A stretch of DNA of 32,000 nt from Chlamydiota bacterium (GTDB lineage: Bacteria > Auribacterota > JACPWU01). The stretch spans positions 1-32,000 of the forward strand of contig JACPWU010000004.1 in NCBI GenBank assembly GCA_016196885.1. The letters run 5' to 3'. A program made the position numbers and the translations under genes. Below are positions 1 through 6,822 of this stretch, one piece after another (within the stretch, counting starts at the first letter, position 1; each line of letters starts with the position of its first letter). The notes below the pieces were generated by a model. It saw only the letters and a list, made by a program, of their open reading frames with translations. It made no database searches and was not told the DNA's origin.

Positions 1-117
1 CATTAGGATGGAACCCTTATGTCATATTCTGAACCGAAACAAATCTTGAAGAGCCCCGTGCGGGAAATCTGCATGCGGGGATCCGTGAGGGTTCTACCTT
101 CTGATCCCTACAAGGAC
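1..117 (+). ncRNA. Candidate 3' terminus of a group II intron (domain V 51-83, domain VI about 84-117). The 5' part lies outside the window.
   Basis: 51-83 (gagccccgtgcgggaaatctgcatgcggggatc) folds as a 9-bp lower helix starting with an AGC triad, a 2-nt bulge (AU) on the 3' strand, a 4-bp upper helix and a GAAAU loop. A following hairpin leaves A110 unpaired about 7 nt before an AC at 116-117. Confidence 0.4.
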
Positions 118-135
118 AGGAGGTAGTTCTACTCG

Positions 136-1287
136 ATGAAAAATATTCGAAGGGCTTTTTGGATTTCCAAGATTGAGGAGCTTTGGGAAAAACGCTCTAT
201 TGTGTGGCTTTCGGGCGTGAGAAGAGCGGGTAAGACCACATTGGCTCACAGCTTAGAAAAAATCGAATATTTCGATTGCGAATTGCCTCGTGTGCGTCAA
301 ATGATGGAAGATCCAGAAGATTTTCTTGAATCGTTTCACGGGCAAAGAATCATTCTTGATGAAGTTCATCGTTTAGATCATCCGGCCGAAATTCTTAAAA
401 TTGCTGCCGATCATTATCCCAAGCTTAAAATTTTGGCGACGGGTTCTTCAACGCTAGGGGCTTCAAAAAAATTTAGAGATACTTTGACGGGTCGAAAGGC
501 CGAACTTTGGCTGACGCCCATGATTTCATCTGACCTCAAGAGTTTCGCGAGGGAAGATTTGGGGTATCGATTTTTGCATGGAGGTTTACCTCCTTTTTTT
601 TTGTCAGATGAAGTCCCTGAAAGGGATTTTCAGGAGTGGATGGATGCCTATTGGGCCAAGGACATTCAGGAGCTCTTCCGTTTGGAGAGACGCCACTCCT
701 TTCAAAAATTTTCAGAGCTTTTGATGGTTCAAAGCGGTGGCATTTTTGAGGCAACAAATTTTGCACGTCCTTGTGAAGTCAGCAGGTCTACCATCTCTAA
801 TTATCTTCAAGTGCTTGAAGAAACTTTTGTGATGCATGTGGTCAGGCCTTTTAATTCTCATCGTGCTGCCGAAATTGTCGCTGCGCCCAAGGTGTACGCG
901 TTTGATACAGGCTTTGTGTCTTATTATCGAGGTTGGTCTTCACTGCGCCGACAGGATTTTGGAATTCTCTGGGAACATTTTGTTTTGAATGAGCTTTATG
1001 CCCATTTGCAAAGACGGGATCTTCACTATTGGAGAGACAAGCGAGGTCATGAGGTAGATTTTGTTTTTCTGAAAAGGGGAAAAAATTCTATGGTTCCTAT
1101 CACCCTTGAATGTAAATGGGCTTCTTCGGAATTTGATCCGACTTCTTTAAAGGCCTTTCGTCATCCCTATCCCCGCGGAGAAAATTTTGTGGTGTCGCAT
1201 GGTATTAAGAGATCGTATGAACGTCATTACGATGAAATCAAGGTTGTTTTTGTTTCTTTGGAGGAGCTTATTCAAAGATTGCAATGA
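136..1287 (+). CDS. AAA+ ATPase with a DUF4143-type C-terminal domain
   Basis: 383-aa ORF with Walker A GVRRAGKTT and Walker B-like IILDEVH. The C-terminal half has the typical DUF4143 layout. SD aggagg lies at 118-123. Confidence 0.8.
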   Translation: MKNIRRAFWISKIEELWEKRSIVWLSGVRRAGKTTLAHSLEKIEYFDCELPRVRQMMEDPEDFLESFHGQRIILDEVHRLDHPAEILKIAADHYPKLKILATGSSTLGASKKFRDTLTGRKAELWLTPMISSDLKSFAREDLGYRFLHGGLPPFFLSDEVPERDFQEWMDAYWAKDIQELFRLERRHSFQKFSELLMVQSGGIFEATNFARPCEVSRSTISNYLQVLEETFVMHVVRPFNSHRAAEIVAAPKVYAFDTGFVSYYRGWSSLRRQDFGILWEHFVLNELYAHLQRRDLHYWRDKRGHEVDFVFLKRGKNSMVPITLECKWASSEFDPTSLKAFRHPYPRGENFVVSHGIKRSYERHYDEIKVVFVSLEELIQRLQ

Positions 1288-1619
1288 AACACGATTCTTT
1301 TCAAGAATATGTAAGTGAGATGTTAGAACCTCTGGGAGAGATTGAATGCCGAAGAATGTTCAGTGGTTATGGGATTTATCGGGGGGATGTTTTCTTTGGA
1401 ATTATTTCCAAGGCCAAACTCTTTTTTAAGGTAGGTCCATTAACCCAGAAGGATTATCTCGCCAAAGGCAGGAAGCCTTTTCGTCCATCCGTCAAACAAG
1501 TCCTTAAGACATATTACGAAGTGCCTGCCGATGTTTTAGAAGATGCAGATGAATTAAAGAATTGGGCTCTTCGGGCAGTTGAGGAGCAGAAGAAAATAAA
1601 GAAGGAAGGAAGGTTTTGA
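1284..1619 (+). CDS. TfoX N-terminal domain protein
   Basis: 111-aa ORF with a TfoX_N-like core (RRMFSGYGIYRGDVFFGII). ATGA start/stop overlap with the upstream gene. Confidence 0.7.
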   Translation: MKHDSFQEYVSEMLEPLGEIECRRMFSGYGIYRGDVFFGIISKAKLFFKVGPLTQKDYLAKGRKPFRPSVKQVLKTYYEVPADVLEDADELKNWALRAVEEQKKIKKEGRF

Positions 1620-1652
1620 AGTTCCCTGTTGTGTCATTTCGAAGAAGGGCTT

Positions 1653-2066
1653 CTAAAATTCTTGCTTTACATCTAATCTCATTTCCTTCTTTCCCTTACG
1701 ATGGGATTTGTCTTCCAGCATTTTGAGTTTTGTTCGGCGGGAGCGGCGTTTTTTCTGCTTTCGAATTTTGTGTTTTTCTTTTTCTTGGGCCAAGTGAATG
1801 CCGTAGAGATGTTTCTCCATTTTATCAAGTAGGAGACGGCGGGCAAAGAAGCGATTCAGGGCTTGAGATCTTTCCCTTTGGCATTTGACTTGAAGGCCAG
1901 TAGGGCGATGGGTCAGGACCACACAGGTGGAGAGCTTGTTGACATTTTGCCCTCCGTGACCGCCTGAGCGAATGAATTGCTCGTCGAGGTCAGATTCTCG
2001 AAGACCCCATTTCTCCATTTGCTTAAGCAAAGATTCTTCTTTTTGAGGAGAGACAGGAAATTTCAT
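1653..2066 (-). CDS. arfB: Alternative ribosome-rescue factor ArfB (peptidyl-tRNA hydrolase, class I RF domain)
   Basis: 137 aa with a GGQ motif (GGHGGQNVNK) followed by a long basic C-terminal tail (KIRKQKKRRSRRTKLK). Confidence 0.85.
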   Translation of the reverse strand: MKFPVSPQKEESLLKQMEKWGLRESDLDEQFIRSGGHGGQNVNKLSTCVVLTHRPTGLQVKCQRERSQALNRFFARRLLLDKMEKHLYGIHLAQEKEKHKIRKQKKRRSRRTKLKMLEDKSHRKGKKEMRLDVKQEF

Positions 2067-2145
2067 ATTTGAGCTCCAGTGTCTTCATGTTATAACATCG
2101 AATAGGAATTGGAAAGTCCTGACTGAAAGTGAATGGAGAAAATTC

Positions 2146-2910
2146 GTGATCATTTTATCTTGGAATGTCAATGGTATCCGAGCGGTCGAGAGAAGGGGAT
2201 TTCTCGAATGGCTTGAGAAAGAATCGCCTGATATTCTTTGTGTCCAGGAAACCAAGGCCCATCCAGATCAACTGGATGCGATTCTTCTGGCGCCTCCGGG
2301 CTATTATGCGTTTTTTAATGCGGCTGAAAAGAAGGGTTACAGCGGTGTTGCGACATTTACGAAACAGAAACCATTGACTGTGAAAACAGGTTTTGGAGTT
2401 TCAAGATTTGATGGGGAAGGGCGTGTGCTTCTGACGGAGTATCCAGAATTTACACTTCTCAATATTTATTTTCCCAATGGAAAACGCAGTGGAGAGAGAC
2501 TCCAATATAAATTGGATTTCTATGACGAGACCCTTCGCTTTGTGGATCAGTTAAAGAAAAAGGGGCAACAGGTTATTATTTGCGGAGATTATAATACAGC
2601 GCATCGGCCCATAGATCTGGCTCGCCCTAAAGAGAATGAAAAAATTTCGGGCTTTCTTCCCATCGAGCGTCAATGGCTAGACCAATGGGTGAGTGAGGGT
2701 CAGGTGGATATTTTTAGAAAATTTTGTGCGCTTCCAGATCAGTACACCTGGTGGGACATGCAAAGCCGGGCCAGAGAAAGAAACGTGGGCTGGCGGATTG
2801 ATTATCATTTTGTGACAGAGGATTTGGTCCCTTTTGTGAAAGGGGCTTCCATTTTACCCGATGTACAGGGATCGGATCATTGCCCGGTGAGTGTGGAATT
2901 AAAAACATAG
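2146..2910 (+). CDS. xth: Exodeoxyribonuclease III
   Basis: 254 aa with a GTG start. Shows the N-terminal SWNVNGIRA, QETK and C-terminal SDHCPV motifs of the ExoIII/APE family. Confidence 0.9.
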   Translation: MIILSWNVNGIRAVERRGFLEWLEKESPDILCVQETKAHPDQLDAILLAPPGYYAFFNAAEKKGYSGVATFTKQKPLTVKTGFGVSRFDGEGRVLLTEYPEFTLLNIYFPNGKRSGERLQYKLDFYDETLRFVDQLKKKGQQVIICGDYNTAHRPIDLARPKENEKISGFLPIERQWLDQWVSEGQVDIFRKFCALPDQYTWWDMQSRARERNVGWRIDYHFVTEDLVPFVKGASILPDVQGSDHCPVSVELKT

Positions 2911-2923
2911 AATCAGAAAAACA

Positions 2924-2996
2924 GGGTCAAGCTGCAAGGGTCAAGGGTCAAGAAACCTGTGTTTCTTCGTTTTTCTTGACCCTTGACCCTTGACCC
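2924..2996. repeat. Inverted pair of heptamer tandem arrays (GGGTCAA x3 plus GCTGCAA, facing TTGACCC x3) forming a roughly 18-bp hairpin
   Basis: Units at 2924, 2931, 2938 and 2945 face units at 2976, 2983 and 2990. Lies between the convergent xth and MFS genes. Confidence 0.85.
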
Positions 2997-4209
2997 TTCT
3001 TAGTCCCCATCCGATTAAAATAGGAACAGAGATAAAAGAGGCAGTCACGAAGTAAGGCAGTCGAAAAGAAAAGTGGTAGAGAAGTCCCGCCCAGGAAGGC
3101 CCTAGCACTCTGGCCAAACTTGCAATCCCTTGAGATGTTCCCATCATGGCGCCTGCTTTTCGCGCGTCAGATTCTTTGGAGATGAGACTGTTCAGGGTCG
3201 GGACGTTCAAGCTTCCTCCCAAACTCATGATGCTCAAAAAAAGAAGAAGGGATGATTTTGAAGTTGAGAGGGGAATGAGAAAAAGCCCAATCATCAGAAG
3301 GATATTGCCCAATAAAAAAAGTTTTTCCTCAGAGAATTTTTGGGTTAGATGTTTGATCAATCCTCCTTGAATGATGACAGCGATCATGCCCATCAAGGCA
3401 AAGAAAATTCCGACTTCTTCAGCGGTCAAATGAAGTTTCTGGCTGCAAAAAAGAGGAAAGGCGCTGTAAAGATTGGCTTGGGCAAAAATAATGAGAAAGA
3501 GCGATAGAATTAATTTGGGGAGGCGGTTGTGATGAGCCTCTTGAGGCAAAATGGATTGCCAAAAGGCTTTTGAAAAGACACTCACCTTCACGAGTTTTTC
3601 ATTTTTCTCACGTATTTTTTCTTGAGTGACTGTCTCTGGAAGTTTAAAAAAAACCAGAAGAAAGCTGGAAAGGGATAAAAAGGCTGCAAAGAATCCAGGA
3701 ATGGCAAAACGATATTCCTGGGTGAAATGAAAAAAGTGGATGAATTTAGGATGGATCAGTAACGATGCAACCGCGGGCCCCACCACAAATCCAATCCCAA
3801 ACGCAGCTCCAATGAGTCCCATTCCTTTGGCCCGATCTTCAGGGGTGGTAACGTCTACCACATAAGCTTGAGCAGTTGAAATATTTCCGCCCATGACGCC
3901 AGCCAGCATGCGAGAGATGAAGAGTAAACCCAGAGAGCGCGAGAACGCGAACAAAAGATAAGCGGCTGCGGCCCCGAGAGTGCTCACCAACATGATGGGG
4001 CGGCGTCCGACGTGATCCGAGAGGCCCCCCCAAAGAGGCGAAAACACAAGCTGGGAGAGAGAATAAATGCTATAGAGAAGCCCCACTTGCAAGGGCGTGG
4101 CATGGAAGGCCGATGCATAAAAGGGGAGCAGCGGCAGAATGATCCCAAATCCCATGAGATCAATTAAGACTGCAAGAAAAACAGTAAAAAGACTGCCGGA
4201 CTTTTTCAT
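2941..4209 (-). CDS. MFS transporter (drug/H+ antiporter-like)
   Basis: 422 aa, multi-TM, with MFS motif A GGLSDHVGRRPIM. The last roughly 17 codons are encoded by the heptamer repeat, so the true C-terminus is uncertain. Confidence 0.85.
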   Translation of the reverse strand: MKKSGSLFTVFLAVLIDLMGFGIILPLLPFYASAFHATPLQVGLLYSIYSLSQLVFSPLWGGLSDHVGRRPIMLVSTLGAAAAYLLFAFSRSLGLLFISRMLAGVMGGNISTAQAYVVDVTTPEDRAKGMGLIGAAFGIGFVVGPAVASLLIHPKFIHFFHFTQEYRFAIPGFFAAFLSLSSFLLVFFKLPETVTQEKIREKNEKLVKVSVFSKAFWQSILPQEAHHNRLPKLILSLFLIIFAQANLYSAFPLFCSQKLHLTAEEVGIFFALMGMIAVIIQGGLIKHLTQKFSEEKLFLLGNILLMIGLFLIPLSTSKSSLLLFLSIMSLGGSLNVPTLNSLISKESDARKAGAMMGTSQGIASLARVLGPSWAGLLYHFSFRLPYFVTASFISVPILIGWGLRRVKGQGSRKTKKHRFLDP

Positions 4210-4215
4210 TTCCTA

Positions 4216-4797
4216 CTAGGCGTTTTTTGAAACAATCATTTTATGGATCGTGACAGGTGTCACAGGTTTGTCATTTTCGTCTCGTTTGACATGGGAAATT
4301 TTAGAAATGATATCCAGCCCTTGGGTCACTTGGCCAAAAACAGAATGATGGCCATCCAGCCAAGGGGTTGGCACTTCCGTGATGAAGAATTGGCTTCCAT
4401 TGGTGTTCGGGCCGCTGTTGGCCATGGAAAGAACGCCGGGTTTGTCATGCTTGAGTTTGGGAGAAAATTCGTCTTCAAATTGATAACCCGGGCCGCCCCG
4501 ACCTGTGCCTGTGGGGTCGCCTGTTTGTATCATGAAGTTGGGGATCACGCGGTGAAAAATGAGCCCATTGTAAAAGCCCTTTTGGGCCAGGGTGACAAAA
4601 TTAATAACGGTTTTAGGTGCTTCATCCGAATAAAGATCTGCCTCTAGCGTCCCCATGGATGTTTCAATTTGAACGTGAATCACGTTTAAACTCCTCTCTT
4701 GAGATAGGGGGGTGTCGGTTGATGTTTCTCCCCAGCTTTTTATTTGAAAAGGATGAAAGGTAATCAATGCCACAAGTATTGTAATAATCGTCTTCAC
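4216..4797 (-). CDS. Secreted cyclophilin-type peptidyl-prolyl cis-trans isomerase
   Basis: 193 aa with an N-terminal signal-like hydrophobic segment and the motifs [15 protein letters not shown] and GSQFFIT. Confidence 0.9.
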   Translation of the reverse strand: MKTIITILVALITFHPFQIKSWGETSTDTPLSQERSLNVIHVQIETSMGTLEADLYSDEAPKTVINFVTLAQKGFYNGLIFHRVIPNFMIQTGDPTGTGRGGPGYQFEDEFSPKLKHDKPGVLSMANSGPNTNGSQFFITEVPTPWLDGHHSVFGQVTQGLDIISKISHVKRDENDKPVTPVTIHKMIVSKNA

Positions 4798-4826
4798 ATA
4801 TCTCCCTAATCATAATGGATAATAGG

Positions 4827-4960
4827 CATATGCACTTGATTCCCCTTTGTAGTCGCCCGATTCATCGGGCAAACCCATGCAAGGGGCACAGCCCCATGAA
4901 TGGGGCGACTACAACTTCTTGCCATGGCGCTTGCTATCTAAGGGGAATCAAGTGCATATG
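4827..4960. repeat. Nested inverted-repeat element (REPIN-like)
   Basis: Perfect 20-bp arms catatgcacttgattcccct (4827-4846) and aggggaatcaagtgcatatg (4941-4960). The inner inverted pair 4849-4870 / 4891-4912 has members that are each a 6-bp hairpin. Confidence 0.8.
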
Positions 4961-6700
4961 AGGATCCCGAAGGTCAAGTCCCATGAGATTTGCGATTTCG
5001 ACAGGTTTTTTTGAGCCTCCCAGAGAAAGCATTTCTAAATATTTAGGCGTAAAATCTGTCTTATTCATTTTGTATTTTTGAAAAAGGCTCAAAACAAAAA
5101 GTTGGGCAAAGGCATAGGCATAACAATAAAAAGGGGTGTGAACAAAATGCGGAATATATTTCCATCCCTGGCGATAGCTTTCCGTAAGGATGACGCTCTC
5201 TTGATAAATTTCACGGTTTGCTTCGATCCAGGCATCTGAGAATGCCTGATCCGACAACTCTCCTTTCTCAAGCCCTTGGGTGTGGGCTGAGAGCTCAAAG
5301 TGGGTGAGCGCAATTTGTCGAAAAACGGTTGCAAAATTATCATCTATCTTCCCACAGATGAGAGCGAGGCGTTTTTCAGGAGCATTTTGATTTTTAAGAA
5401 TTTTTTCGAAAATGAGCATTTCTCCAAACACAGAGGCTGTTTCAGCCAGGGTCAGAGGTGAGTCTGATTCTAGGATGCCAACCCTTTTTCCAGCCAGATA
5501 TTGATGAAGACCGTGGCCTAATTCGTGGGCAACCGTCATCACGTCACGCAAACTGCCTGTGTAATTGACCAGAATATAGGGGTGAAGGTTGGGTGTGGTC
5601 GAGGCGCAAAATCCTCCACCCTGTTTGCCTTCTCGAATCTCTGCATCAATCCAGCGTTTGGAGAAAAATTGCTCTGCAATTTTTCCCGCGTCTTTTGAAA
5701 AGTCGTCGTAACCTTCAAGAACTATTTTTTTACATTCCTCAAAGGGAATTTTGCCCTCCTCTTGATCGATCGGGGCATAACGGTCATAGTCATACAGTTC
5801 ATCCAAGCCCAAGAGTCTTTTTTTGAGCTGGTAGTATCGCGTCACGATGGGATGGGCTTTTTTAACAGTGTTGATAAGGTTCATGACGTTTTCCTGATCC
5901 ATCTCATTGGCCAAATTTATCGGGTCCATGGGGTGATTGTATTTTCGAATTTTGAGTATGGAGCGGTGATCTGCCAAAATCATGTTGTAAATGTAAGTCA
6001 ACAAATGGGTGTGGGTTTTAAGCCCTTCAGCCAGGCTCTCAGCCGCTTTTTTTCTTTCTTCACGATTTTTAGAGTGTGCAAGCGAAAGAATCTCAGATTT
6101 ATTTTTCTTGCTCTTTTTGCCTTCAAGTTCAATTTCAAAAGTCATGTTGTTCGAAGTTTCATCGAACAGTCGAGAGAAGGCCCTTGCACTGGTATTGGCC
6201 TTGATGGAGAGAATATTTTCTTCCTCTTCCGTCAAGGTGTGCGGGGCATAAATTCGGATTTTTTCTAGAAAATGCCTTTTCTTTTCTAAAGAGGGGTCCT
6301 TCATAAAATTTTGAATTGTTGTATCGTCGAGCCTTGTCCAGTAAACTTCGAAGAAAACCAAATGGAGTTGGGCGTCAGTTAAAGAAACCTGAATTTTCTG
6401 TAAGAAAGCACCTCTCTCAGGATTGTTTTTCTCAGCAAAACACAAATAGGCAAAGGCTGAGAGTTGTGTCATGATCATGAGAATTTCTTCGTAGTCTTTT
6501 AAAAGGTCATTCAATTTTAAATTTTGTCCAGAGGGTTTCTCAGCAAGCAATGCCTCAAAGGAGGGCTTGTATTTTTGGGAGAAAGTTTGGGATTTTTCCA
6601 AAACAAGTTTCAAGTCTTCCGAAATTTTTGGGCTGTCTATCGAGGCATAAAGATCCGACAAATCCCATTGGACCCCTTTGGCAAAATTGTCATCAGACAT
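4934..6700 (-). CDS. pepF: Oligoendopeptidase F (M3B family)
   Basis: 588 aa with zinc motif HELGHG and M3-like length and layout. The last 8 codons plus the stop are supplied by the right arm of the 4827-4960 element. Confidence 0.85.
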   Translation of the reverse strand: MSDDNFAKGVQWDLSDLYASIDSPKISEDLKLVLEKSQTFSQKYKPSFEALLAEKPSGQNLKLNDLLKDYEEILMIMTQLSAFAYLCFAEKNNPERGAFLQKIQVSLTDAQLHLVFFEVYWTRLDDTTIQNFMKDPSLEKKRHFLEKIRIYAPHTLTEEEENILSIKANTSARAFSRLFDETSNNMTFEIELEGKKSKKNKSEILSLAHSKNREERKKAAESLAEGLKTHTHLLTYIYNMILADHRSILKIRKYNHPMDPINLANEMDQENVMNLINTVKKAHPIVTRYYQLKKRLLGLDELYDYDRYAPIDQEEGKIPFEECKKIVLEGYDDFSKDAGKIAEQFFSKRWIDAEIREGKQGGGFCASTTPNLHPYILVNYTGSLRDVMTVAHELGHGLHQYLAGKRVGILESDSPLTLAETASVFGEMLIFEKILKNQNAPEKRLALICGKIDDNFATVFRQIALTHFELSAHTQGLEKGELSDQAFSDAWIEANREIYQESVILTESYRQGWKYIPHFVHTPFYCYAYAFAQLFVLSLFQKYKMNKTDFTPKYLEMLSLGGSKKPVEIANLMGLDLRDPHMHLIPLR

Positions 6701-6822
6701 AGTATTTCTCCTGAGAAAGGGGGCATTATATCACGGAAAGAAAAATGAATATTTAATTTTTAGAAGAACGAGGTCATTCTCATTGAGCAGTGCAATATTG
6801 AAAAACTCATGCATAGAACAAT

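Noticed and set aside
2087-2098. 12-bp perfect palindrome atgttataacat between arfB and xth as an operator
   Set aside because: It is short, AT-rich and single-copy, and likely overlaps a -10-like tataac. There is too little information to call a regulator site.
4848-4913. tRNA-like cloverleaf within the nested inverted repeat
   Set aside because: It has an 11-bp terminal stem, only two internal hairpins that compete with that stem, and no anticodon, T or D arm geometry or conserved GTTC.
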